From sequence record PP777464.1: a DNA stretch of 64,000 nt; one strand, 5' to 3'. Each line of letters begins with the position of its first letter. Within the stretch, counting starts at the first letter, position 1. A model generated the notes under the pieces. That model did no database searches, was not told the origin of the DNA, and saw nothing but the letters and a program-made list of their open reading frames with translations. Positions 18,039 to 26,182 of this stretch are shown piece after piece. A program made the translations under genes and the position numbers.

Positions 18039-18226
18039 CAGTAGAAGAAGTTAAAAAAGTACTGGCAGTACTACGATATCATAATCATTGCAAGGTGAAG
18101 AATGATCCTGATTATCTTGATTCATCCCTGGAGGAAGACACCTTGAACGCTATAAGCCATATGCAGACATTAGCAAAGCGTATGACTGAAAAGAACATGC
18201 CGGACTATATCGGAAATAAAATTTAA
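18035..18226 (+). CDS. hypothetical phage protein
   Basis: ATGA overlap. Confidence 0.75.
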   Translation: MTVEEVKKVLAVLRYHNHCKVKNDPDYLDSSLEEDTLNAISHMQTLAKRMTEKNMPDYIGNKI

Positions 18227-18313
18227 AAAGTACTTGCATTGTAGTTAGATTAACGTATAATGTTTTATATCGAGAGGGGGAAATGGTTTCCCCTCAAGTC
18301 CAGGAGATACACC

Positions 18314-18577
18314 ATGAACACTATCGAAATCACTATCAATGCACACGTATACGACAACGTAGTACTGCAAACTACTATGACCGCCAATGATACCAGTACT
18401 TTGCGGAATACTGTTATTAGTGCCGTATGTGCCGCTATCGGTGATGTCGCCCTGGAAAATGCAAAACACGTAAACGATGGTTTCACTATGTGCAAACGTG
18501 ATAACGCAAAACATATCATCGTGGAAGGTTACGGCGGTGTAGAATTTAATGTTTATATGAAAAAAGTACTTGCATAA
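18314..18577 (+). CDS. hypothetical phage protein
   Basis: Cassette + AGGAG RBS; start moved to 18314. Confidence 0.8.
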   Translation: MNTIEITINAHVYDNVVLQTTMTANDTSTLRNTVISAVCAAIGDVALENAKHVNDGFTMCKRDNAKHIIVEGYGGVEFNVYMKKVLA

Positions 18578-18644
18578 TAACTAAAACAAAGTATAATGTT
18601 TTGCATAGGGGGAGATATCCTCCCCCACTAAAAGGAGTAATAAA

Positions 18645-18869
18645 ATGGCTAACTTTGATGAACTGATGCGGGAAGTAGCTAACCTGGCAGAAGAGAAGAA
18701 ATCATTCGATTCTATCTATAACACCGCTCACCGTGATTCAGTACTGGCATGTAACCAGGATCAAAAAGATGAACTAATCGCCACCTATCATGAAGCATGG
18801 AAGTACTACCGACAATGGGAGAAAGAAGAAAGTGAGTCTACCATTGACGGCCTCAATAATCTAATCTAA
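18645..18869 (+). CDS. acidic hypothetical protein
   Basis: Cassette + AGGAG RBS. Confidence 0.8.
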   Translation: MANFDELMREVANLAEEKKSFDSIYNTAHRDSVLACNQDQKDELIATYHEAWKYYRQWEKEESESTIDGLNNLI

Positions 18870-18945
18870 AAGTTTTATTTCAGTACTATTGACATAGCTT
18901 GATAGTACTGATGTAATAACTTTACTAACTACAAGGGGAAACATA

Positions 18946-19203
18946 ATGGATCAGTTCACACAATATCGGGTAAATCCACAAGCTATGGCCTACGTAGAAG
19001 ACCATAAAACGTTACCAGTACTGCAACCAGTTAAAGGCCATATCTATCGTGCAATGTCGTGGTGTACGGCCCAGGATGGCTATAAAACCGTAGCCGTGGG
19101 TATGTATTGCGGTGATGGTGAATGGTTTGATCCAAATAATCCGGTAGCCATTGACAGTACTGAAAAAATGAAATGGGCCGACTACATCGAAGATATTTCA
19201 TAA
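18946..19203 (+). CDS. hypothetical phage protein
   Basis: Promoter + GGGGA RBS. Confidence 0.8.
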   Translation: MDQFTQYRVNPQAMAYVEDHKTLPVLQPVKGHIYRAMSWCTAQDGYKTVAVGMYCGDGEWFDPNNPVAIDSTEKMKWADYIEDIS

Positions 19204-19293
19204 AAACTATTTGACAGTACTAACCAATAATGTATAATGTTTTACATAGAGCGGGGGAATAGTTCTCCCGCCAATAGTTTGGAGTAAAACATT

Positions 19294-19494
19294 ATGTCTA
19301 TCGCTATCGCCCTGGTTGAAGTACTGAAAGAAGCTAAAGCCAACCAGATCGACGTAAAGATCCAGGAACTACAAAACGGCTTAATCGGCTGTACTTGTAC
19401 CGCTGGTGGAGCGGCAGACTATCGAGAACACGAATCACTCGAATCACTGGTTCGGTATCTTACCATGATCGTTGATGATTGGAGAATCATCTAA
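19294..19494 (+). CDS. hypothetical phage protein
   Basis: Cassette + GGAG RBS. Confidence 0.75.
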   Translation: MSIAIALVEVLKEAKANQIDVKIQELQNGLIGCTCTAGGAADYREHESLESLVRYLTMIVDDWRII

Positions 19495-19516
19495 CAAAAA
19501 AGAATAAAAAAAGGGA

Positions 19517-19592
19517 TTGACTCCGGTCAGTCCCTTTGCTATTATATACGCATAGACAAAAACTAGCCCACAGGGTGCATAGGTGTATCCAA
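19517..19592 (+). ncRNA. Candidate small RNA family 1, copy 10
   Basis: TTGACT-17-TATTAT, core TAGCCCACAGGGTGCATAGGTGTATCC, Chi at 19625. Confidence 0.45.
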
Positions 19593-19739
19593 AATATATA
19601 GTTAATAACGGTGAGTAACTATCTGCTGGTGGAACTAAAACTATTAATAAAAAAGTATTGACAAAGTATATCAGTACTGCAATAATGTATCTCGTAGGGC
19701 GGCAATGGTGCGACGGCCCACAAAGTTAGGAGATTCACC

Positions 19740-20072
19740 ATGAGTACTTCAATCGCTATCGTTAAAGCTTTCATCCGTACTAATGTTTCCTCTGTATTCA
19801 TCGACGGCCTCGACCGTAACGTAGAATACTCAATCATTATCGCACAAACGGCAAACGGTTCTCGGTACATCCTGAATGATAGTGAAGCAAATCACTACTA
19901 CTTCACTAAAGCCACTGGCTTTAAACGCATCGATGCTGATGTAGTATACGCTAAGATGAATAAGCTGGTAGATAAGATTAACGCTAAAGGTACTATAGAT
20001 TTACAGTACTGGACCGAAACCGATCCAGAGTATGGATCTCACCGCTACCTGAATCCAGGTATCAAAATGTAA
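19740..20072 (+). CDS. hypothetical phage protein
   Basis: Promoter + AGGAG RBS. Confidence 0.85.
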   Translation: MSTSIAIVKAFIRTNVSSVFIDGLDRNVEYSIIIAQTANGSRYILNDSEANHYYFTKATGFKRIDADVVYAKMNKLVDKINAKGTIDLQYWTETDPEYGSHRYLNPGIKM

Positions 20073-20161
20073 AAAGTACTTGCATAGTACTTAGATTCAT
20101 GTATAATGTTTTACATAGAGAGGGGGAAATGGTTCTCCCTCCTAAATTAAGGAGTTTTATC

Positions 20162-20563
20162 ATGACCTTCTCAATCACTTCCTTCGCTGACGTTTTAGTA
20201 CTGGCCCGGACTTTTGGTAAAGATGCACTGGAGTACGCTGTAAGTAATGGCACTATCCAACCGGAACAGTGCCGCATCATTGGAAACTGCAAACGTTGGG
20301 CGGTTTCCAATACTATTGCACTGGAAAACTTCCACGATGGCAACAATGAATATTCTGTTGATGTAGTATTCGAAGCCGTTGATCTCGGCGGTATCTATAA
20401 TACTAACCTGAATGATGTGCGTATCGTTCGCACTGGGTTCGGTGCTTATGATGTATCTATTCGTGAAGCTATGAACACCGGATACATTAGCAAGGACTTA
20501 CTTGCTCACATCATGCAGCTGTGTACGGAACGTAACGAAGCACGCACTATCTTAGGACTGTAA
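20162..20563 (+). CDS. hypothetical phage protein
   Basis: Cassette + AGGAG RBS; start moved to 20162. Confidence 0.85.
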   Translation: MTFSITSFADVLVLARTFGKDALEYAVSNGTIQPEQCRIIGNCKRWAVSNTIALENFHDGNNEYSVDVVFEAVDLGGIYNTNLNDVRIVRTGFGAYDVSIREAMNTGYISKDLLAHIMQLCTERNEARTILGL

Positions 20564-20631
20564 GCGTTACACATCACCAAACATCATAGGCCGCCTTGTA
20601 GCGGCCTTAACTATATCAGGAGTACATACAC

Positions 20632-20841
20632 ATGATCTATACAGTATACAACGTTCTAGGCACTATTGCAGGCGTACATGATAACGTCGATGGTGCTATG
20701 CGTACAGTACTGCAACAGGTTCCACTAAAGCCTAAGACCATTAAGCAGATGACAGCACGACTAACCAGGGCGACGGCTGGCGTGGAAGTATGGCAGGACT
20801 ATGGGGATACACAGATAATCGTAAGCGTAACGAAGGATTAA
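20632..20841 (+). CDS. hypothetical phage protein
   Basis: AGGAG RBS. Confidence 0.75.
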   Translation: MIYTVYNVLGTIAGVHDNVDGAMRTVLQQVPLKPKTIKQMTARLTRATAGVEVWQDYGDTQIIVSVTKD

Positions 20842-21032
20842 TGCGTAAAAGGATTTAGTACTGAATCATAAAAAAGTCAAGGCATTTTTAAACTTCAGCG
20901 TTAAAAAAATGCATAGGTAATCCCTTGACTTTTATGAATAAAAAGGGATTGGACTATGGCAAAATGCGTAGGGGGCTAAAGGGCGGGTAACCTTAGCGAC
21001 TTCGATAAAGGGGTATTACTTATAAAATGTTA

Positions 21033-21060
21033 TTGACTTTTTATATGAATCGTATATTAT
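21033..21060 (+). promoter_or_regulatory. sigma70-type promoter for the family A array
   Basis: TTGACT-16-TATTAT upstream of first array gene. Confidence 0.55.
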
Positions 21061-21090
21061 TGGATTGATATTATTTTTAATGGAGTCCCT

Positions 21091-21288
21091 ATGCGTATTT
21101 TAACTCAAGAAGAGCACAACCACACACTCATATCCAACATGGCATATATCCTACATATGTCACATATCCGTGGTATTGCATATAAGCGTGAATTGGTTAT
21201 GAAACTTTTCATAGGAACTAACTATCAAGAAAAGTATATCGAACTATACTTACAAGAATTACGAAGGGACATAAAAGGTAGACTATGA
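21091..21288 (+). CDS. paralog family A (LGTNYQE) protein
   Basis: FIGTNYQE. Confidence 0.85.
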   Translation: MRILTQEEHNHTLISNMAYILHMSHIRGIAYKRELVMKLFIGTNYQEKYIELYLQELRRDIKGRL

Positions 21289-21485
21289 AAATGCGTATTT
21301 TAAATAAAGAAGATTATCAAGAACTGTTACGTAAAAACATGGTAAAGATTTATAACACAGACACAAACTTAGAACGAATTGAGTTATACCTTTTGATTAC
21401 ATTGGGTACAAGCTATCAGGGAAGATGGGTGATTCAATATATGGATGCATTGAAAAATGAAATATTGTCCACGAGGAAACAATGA
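21285..21485 (+). CDS. paralog family A protein
   Basis: TLGTSYQG. Confidence 0.85.
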   Translation: MKMRILNKEDYQELLRKNMVKIYNTDTNLERIELYLLITLGTSYQGRWVIQYMDALKNEILSTRKQ

Positions 21486-21691
21486 AAACTATAACACGAA
21501 CCCAATCATTCGGTCTTATCTTGAAATACATGGACTTAATGTTTGATATCAGCAAAGACCTTTCTAAAACTGAAATCCAAGTTGCAAGAGCAGAGATCCG
21601 CATGTTGGCTGTACTGAACACAAACCATCAGGAAGAGTATGTTGACGATTGGATTCATTTTTTAATAGAAGATATTAAGAGTAAACTATGA
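21482..21691 (+). CDS. paralog family A protein
   Basis: VLNTNHQE. Confidence 0.85.
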   Translation: MKTITRTQSFGLILKYMDLMFDISKDLSKTEIQVARAEIRMLAVLNTNHQEEYVDDWIHFLIEDIKSKL

Positions 21692-21900
21692 TTTTTTTAA
21701 CACCAGAAGAATATAAGATACGTTTTGTTTCTGTCCAGAATAAAATCTTAATTATATACAATTCAAATGCAGACCTTAACTTATCAAGGGTATTAGAAAA
21801 AGATTTACTTATGGGTGCATTTTTGGATACAGACTTTCAGGTGTATTATGTAGGGGAATACTTAATTGCACTCCAGAATTACATTAAGAGTAAACTATGA
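21688..21900 (+). CDS. paralog family A protein
   Basis: FLDTDFQV. Confidence 0.85.
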   Translation: MIFLTPEEYKIRFVSVQNKILIIYNSNADLNLSRVLEKDLLMGAFLDTDFQVYYVGEYLIALQNYIKSKL

Positions 21901-22109
21901 ATAGCATTAACTCAAATCTATATACCGAACGCGTCGCTGCAAGACAACTTGAAATTCTCATAGTATATGAAGAGACTGAGGATTTGAACTTAGCATTAGT
22001 ATTGGAAAATGATATACTATTGGGTGCATTCCTCGGCACAGACTATCAGGAGCACTTCTTGAATGAGTATATAATTGCACTCCAGAAATACATTAAGAGC
22101 AAACTATGA
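21897..22109 (+). CDS. paralog family A protein
   Basis: FLGTDYQE. Confidence 0.85.
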   Translation: MNSINSNLYTERVAARQLEILIVYEETEDLNLALVLENDILLGAFLGTDYQEHFLNEYIIALQKYIKSKL

Positions 22110-22324
22110 AACATTTAAGTAATTCCGAGAAGAATAAAATTATCATTGCTGCAATAAACAAATATTTTACACTTCCTCACACAGAAGGTTTATGTGTAAG
22201 GGAACACAGGATAAACACCACCGATATACGCATGATGGCTGTACTGGGGACGAACTTTCAGGAAGAGTATGTTGTTGCACACATAGTTGCCCTCACTGAT
22301 TTAATAAGGGACAAATGCAAATGA
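22106..22324 (+). CDS. paralog family A protein
   Basis: VLGTNFQE. Confidence 0.85.
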   Translation: MKHLSNSEKNKIIIAAINKYFTLPHTEGLCVREHRINTTDIRMMAVLGTNFQEEYVVAHIVALTDLIRDKCK

Positions 22325-22539
22325 AAGACATAAACACCCAAGAATATCTTAAACGATTAGAACAAGGGAAGAACTTTAGACTTCAAGTTTACGATGATGA
22401 ATCACTAACATCCAATGAAAAGTATGTTATACTAACAGACTCAACATTAATACCATTTGTAGGAACAAACTATCAGGAGGTTATGGTTGACAACCACATC
22501 ACGGCCTTAAAATGTCATGTCAGGGATTTAGGTAAATGA
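22315..22539 (+). CDS. paralog family A protein
   Basis: FVGTNYQE; start may be 22321. Confidence 0.85.
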   Translation: MQMKDINTQEYLKRLEQGKNFRLQVYDDESLTSNEKYVILTDSTLIPFVGTNYQEVMVDNHITALKCHVRDLGK

Positions 22540-22793
22540 AACACTTAACACTAGATGAATATGAAACTATAGTCCGTAAACTAACCCCTATAGCAAGGAT
22601 AGTCTACGATGACCCCAGCCTTACATGGAACCAAATGCGAGCTAAAGTTAATGAGCTATGGTTGCTGTACTTTATGGGGACTCAATATCAAGATAAGTTT
22701 TGCACAGAATATGTCGAACAATTAATGAATGTTATACAGGATAAACTAGATGATTATTGGCTCACAAAACATGAAGACTTTATCAGGAGTTGA
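22536..22793 (+). CDS. paralog family A protein
   Basis: FMGTQYQD. Confidence 0.85.
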   Translation: MKHLTLDEYETIVRKLTPIARIVYDDPSLTWNQMRAKVNELWLLYFMGTQYQDKFCTEYVEQLMNVIQDKLDDYWLTKHEDFIRS

Positions 22794-23022
22794 GTATCAA
22801 ACTGCCCTATTCTCTTTAATCCATGCCCTTAGAAAAAACAATGCCTTACATGGTGCACCTGAAGTGGATGTTATCAACGGTGAACTTTATCTTATGAAAT
22901 TCATTGGAACAAACTATCAAGATCTGTTCATTCAACGATACTTATCAGCATTAAGAAACCAAATCCAATATAAAACCCAGAGAGCCAAAAAAGAATGGAA
23001 TAAAAAATGCGACACAGACTAA
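22750..23022 (+). CDS. paralog family A protein
   Basis: FIGTNYQD. Confidence 0.85.
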   Translation: MIIGSQNMKTLSGVEYQTALFSLIHALRKNNALHGAPEVDVINGELYLMKFIGTNYQDLFIQRYLSALRNQIQYKTQRAKKEWNKKCDTD

Positions 23023-23258
23023 ATCACAAAATGTATTGTAAACTATTACAGACACTGGCACAGAAACACTATGACACGGTATCTGGAATATTACCCTATG
23101 ATATCATGCGTTTACTTCACTGTGAGGCCGAGATGCTTGTACTGATGACAGGCACAGATAAAAACGCAATTGCCAAATCAATAGATATGTTCATCGAAGC
23201 ACAATGTCAACACATTAGAACCGAGATATGGAGGCGAGAGAATGATAACACTAAATGA
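23007..23258 (+). CDS. paralog family A protein (divergent)
   Basis: EMLVLMTGTDKNA. Confidence 0.7.
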   Translation: MRHRLNHKMYCKLLQTLAQKHYDTVSGILPYDIMRLLHCEAEMLVLMTGTDKNAIAKSIDMFIEAQCQHIRTEIWRRENDNTK

Positions 23259-23457
23259 GTATCAGTATCATTGGAGGTTACAAGCTATAAGAAGGAAAGT
23301 TGTTAGTATTTCTTTAGACAAGTCTATTGCACAAGAGGACAAATGTGTTATAATAGCTGAAATGAAGTTGGGTGCATTCGTAGGAACAAACTATCAAAAC
23401 ATCTACACTGACGTATTGTTAAGTGCCTTACGTAACAAGGTGATATCAAAAGAATGA
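23242..23457 (+). CDS. paralog family A protein
   Basis: FVGTNYQN. Confidence 0.85.
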   Translation: MITLNEYQYHWRLQAIRRKVVSISLDKSIAQEDKCVIIAEMKLGAFVGTNYQNIYTDVLLSALRNKVISKE

Positions 23458-23672
23458 GAAAATTACAAGGCTTTGAATACATCAGACTCCTGAAAACATG
23501 TGCCAACAGAAGAGTAAAGATTCAATCTGATAAGAGCATCCCTGCCAACCTAAAACATGCATTGATAGCTGAACTCTATGCAGGGGCACTCATAGGGACA
23601 AACTATCAACAAATGTATATAGACATGTGGGTTGATGCATTAGTCAAGGAGATCCAAAGTAAATGCAAATGA
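23454..23672 (+). CDS. paralog family A protein
   Basis: LIGTNYQQ. Confidence 0.85.
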   Translation: MRKLQGFEYIRLLKTCANRRVKIQSDKSIPANLKHALIAELYAGALIGTNYQQMYIDMWVDALVKEIQSKCK

Positions 23673-23911
23673 TTAATTTAAGTAAATCTGAATATAAAGA
23701 ACGCCAAGCAAAAATCTTACCTAAACTTAATGAAATCCATTTCGGTGAAGTAAACAAACACGAAAATAAGATGATTATGAAGCGTGAGACAAAGCTATGT
23801 GCATTCTTAGGAACTAACTATCAGGAGTATTATGTAGAGGAATATATAATTACACTTAAGAAATACATTGGAAGTAAACTAAGTAAACGTGCGAGAAATG
23901 CAAATGATTAA
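23663..23911 (+). CDS. paralog family A protein
   Basis: FLGTNYQE. Confidence 0.85.
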   Translation: MQMINLSKSEYKERQAKILPKLNEIHFGEVNKHENKMIMKRETKLCAFLGTNYQEYYVEEYIITLKKYIGSKLSKRARNAND

Positions 23912-24116
23912 TTTAAGTAAAGATGAATATTATGAACGTCTTGCAAAAACTTATCCAGCACGTAACGCCGTTTATAATAGTAACATTATTGAACGCTCAA
24001 AGAAGTTGATTGTAGTAAATGAGATTAAGATGCTTTCAGTCTTAGGAACAAACTATCAAGAGAATGCTGTACTGTTGTTAATTGATGCCCTCAAGAGAGA
24101 GATACAAAGTAAATGA
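23889..24116 (+). CDS. paralog family A protein
   Basis: VLGTNYQE. Confidence 0.85.
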   Translation: MREMQMINLSKDEYYERLAKTYPARNAVYNSNIIERSKKLIVVNEIKMLSVLGTNYQENAVLLLIDALKREIQSK

Positions 24117-24361
24117 TTAATTTATCTTTCCATGAATATCAAAAACGTTTAAATGCATCAAGGGATATAAGGATTCAAATCTTCAATAACAAAAGATTGA
24201 AACCTGACACCAGAAGAATCAAAATAATAGAAGCAGAGTTATGCAACTTCCTGGGGACGAACCATCAGGAAGGTAAGATAAAAAACTATCTTAGAGAACT
24301 CATGATTTGTATCGAAAATAAATGTGAGGTTGATGAACATGCAAATGATCAATTTAAGTAA
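24113..24361 (+). CDS. paralog family A protein
   Basis: FLGTNHQE. Confidence 0.85.
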   Translation: MINLSFHEYQKRLNASRDIRIQIFNNKRLKPDTRRIKIIEAELCNFLGTNHQEGKIKNYLRELMICIENKCEVDEHANDQFK

Positions 24362-24602
24362 AGATGAATATACCGAGCGTATGACAAAAATTACGCACAA
24401 ACGTAATACAATCTATCACAACCCAGAAATTCAACACAGTAAGAAAATGATTATGATGCGTGAGTTAAAGATGGGTGTATTCTTAGGAACAAACTATCAA
24501 GAGCCAGAAGTAAATCGATTAATTGCTGAGTTACTATTGGAAATCAAAGGTAAGCTGTACTTTTATCAAATGACCCAACCACTGAGGTGTACTGATCGAT
24601 GA
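24324..24602 (+). CDS. paralog family A protein
   Basis: FLGTNYQE. Confidence 0.85.
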   Translation: MRLMNMQMINLSKDEYTERMTKITHKRNTIYHNPEIQHSKKMIMMRELKMGVFLGTNYQEPEVNRLIAELLLEIKGKLYFYQMTQPLRCTDR

Positions 24603-24850
24603 ATGCGATGAATATTGTGAATAACATCAGATTAGCAGAAAGATTTGATAGAATTGGGGAAGCACTGAGAAGATACGATAAAGAATATGGTCATTTGAGC
24701 TTTTCTATAGAAAAGAGATATGAACTTGAAGCAGAGTTTAAAATGCAGAGTCTCTTAGGCACACAGTATCAAAACCAATATATTCAAACTTGGATTGATT
24801 GTTTAATCCAGACAATTTATGTAAGAAACATTAAATGCAAAATGAAATGA
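24599..24850 (+). CDS. paralog family A protein
   Basis: LLGTQYQN. Confidence 0.85.
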   Translation: MNAMNIVNNIRLAERFDRIGEALRRYDKEYGHLSFSIEKRYELEAEFKMQSLLGTQYQNQYIQTWIDCLIQTIYVRNIKCKMK

Positions 24851-25071
24851 TATACTTAACACATGATGAGTTAACAGAAAGACTAGATAAATCCAAAAGA
24901 CTTACAAATCAACTTCCTCACAACCCAAACCAAACCCCAGCGGAAAGGAGTGCAGAAGTTTTATTCCAAAGATTACCATACCTTCTTGGAACTGATAGGC
25001 AAGAGTATCATGTTGAACGTATAATTAAATATCTCAAAATTACTATTATGGAAAAAGTAAATGCAAAATGA
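24835..25071 (+). CDS. paralog family A protein
   Basis: LLGTDRQE; recent duplicate of next gene. Confidence 0.85.
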   Translation: MQNEMIYLTHDELTERLDKSKRLTNQLPHNPNQTPAERSAEVLFQRLPYLLGTDRQEYHVERIIKYLKITIMEKVNAK

Positions 25072-25318
25072 AATGAAATACTTAACAGACGATGAGTTAA
25101 AAGAACGATTAATTAAATCCAGAAAACTTACAAATCAACTTCCAAACGACACAAACAAGTCACATGCCGAAAGGAGTGCAGAAGTTTTATACATTCAACT
25201 CCTGTACTTTCTTGGAACTGACAGACAAGAGTATTACATTGAAAGTATGCTTCGATATCTTAAATTCTCTATAAAGGAAAAGGTACATGCTCAAGAATTT
25301 AAAAATCCTAACAGTTAA
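25061..25318 (+). CDS. paralog family A protein
   Basis: FLGTDRQE. Confidence 0.85.
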   Translation: MQNEMKYLTDDELKERLIKSRKLTNQLPNDTNKSHAERSAEVLYIQLLYFLGTDRQEYYIESMLRYLKFSIKEKVHAQEFKNPNS

Positions 25319-25529
25319 TGAATATCATAAGATTGTAATGAAAACTAATAGTGCAATATCTAAAAAATCAAACCCAAAGTACATACTGGAACACACATTC
25401 GAAGAACGTCAATTAGCTTTAGTTGAAGCAAAACTTCTTGCACTCCTAGGAACAAACTATCAGGAAGAATACATCAGAAAACTAATATACCTTTTAACTA
25501 AACACATCAGGAAAAGAAAAAAAGCATGA
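25287..25529 (+). CDS. paralog family A protein
   Basis: LLGTNYQE. Confidence 0.85.
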   Translation: MLKNLKILTVNEYHKIVMKTNSAISKKSNPKYILEHTFEERQLALVEAKLLALLGTNYQEEYIRKLIYLLTKHIRKRKKA

Positions 25530-25756
25530 AGCACTTGACAGATGATGAACATGGGCTTATAGTAATGGATGTAATCAACATCGAATACAAAAAGTTGATA
25601 CGCTACCGTTGTTATGAAGATAAGCAACTCGTTCTAGCAGAACAGAAGTTGTTTCGACTCTTAAACACAAACTTCCAAGCACAATACGAAGAATCGTATT
25701 TGTACCTACTGTCGAGGAAAGCAAAAAGAGATTATGAAAATTTTAAGCCACAGTGA
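25526..25756 (+). CDS. paralog family A protein
   Basis: LLNTNFQA. Confidence 0.85.
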   Translation: MKHLTDDEHGLIVMDVINIEYKKLIRYRCYEDKQLVLAEQKLFRLLNTNFQAQYEESYLYLLSRKAKRDYENFKPQ

Positions 25757-25949
25757 ACAAACAGAATTGTTAATCTTTAATACAAGTAAATTCTTAAACA
25801 TAACATTGTCTGATATAGATGAGGATGAAAAAGAGTTACTTAGAGCAGATTTAAGAGTTCTTTTATATGTTGGAACTAACTTCCAAGAGCAATTCGTTGA
25901 GGACTACATCGATGAACTTAAAGAATCTGTACTGAGAACATGCAAATGA
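25734..25949 (+). CDS. paralog family A protein
   Basis: YVGTNFQE. Confidence 0.85.
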   Translation: MKILSHSEQTELLIFNTSKFLNITLSDIDEDEKELLRADLRVLLYVGTNFQEQFVEDYIDELKESVLRTCK

Positions 25950-26182
25950 AAATCCTTTCACCAAGTGAATACCACGAACTATTAAGTAGTTTAATTCTAA
26001 AATTGTATATAGCAAAGACCACAGATTTACCTGATGAAGAAAAAAATATTCTAATGAGTGAAATCTATGTTAATTCTACCCTAGGGACTAACTATCAAGA
26101 ATGTAATATTAATGATTACATCAAAGAACTAAAAAGGTTTATCCAATGCAAATGCGAATCATTACCGACGAAGAATACCTAA
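25940..26182 (+). CDS. paralog family A protein
   Basis: TLGTNYQE. Confidence 0.85.
   Translation: MQMKILSPSEYHELLSSLILKLYIAKTTDLPDEEKNILMSEIYVNSTLGTNYQECNINDYIKELKRFIQCKCESLPTKNT

Larger units (their letters stand above)
578..19632. other. Cluster of 11 Chi octamers (GCTGGTGG)
   Basis: + strand at 590, 6681, 10868, 11378, 12328, 13577, 17823, 19402, 19625; - strand (CCACCAGC) at 578, 6619. Confidence 0.85.
1663..20130 (+). promoter_or_regulatory. ~40 repeated promoter-stem-loop-RBS cassettes, roughly one per gene
   Basis: Recurring aaAGTACTTGCA or TTGACA -16/17- TATAAT-gttttacatc, then a GGGGA..TCCCC hairpin and AAGGA/GAGGA, e.g. 1663, 2123, 2802, 3480, 4164, 4419. Confidence 0.85.
1..20860 (+). 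other. Putative early/host-takeover region, possibly a long direct terminal repeat of a jumbo phage
   Basis: Non-coding start, then small genes each with own sigma70 promoter; higher GC than downstream; abrupt switch at ~20.9 kb to polycistronic AT-rich arrays. Repeat status cannot be seen in this window. Confidence 0.55.

Noticed and set aside
1663-20130. Repeat-variable-repeat pattern as a CRISPR array
   Set aside because: Repeats are promoter/hairpin/RBS cassettes separated by 150-600 bp protein-coding genes; no fixed spacer length and no cas genes.
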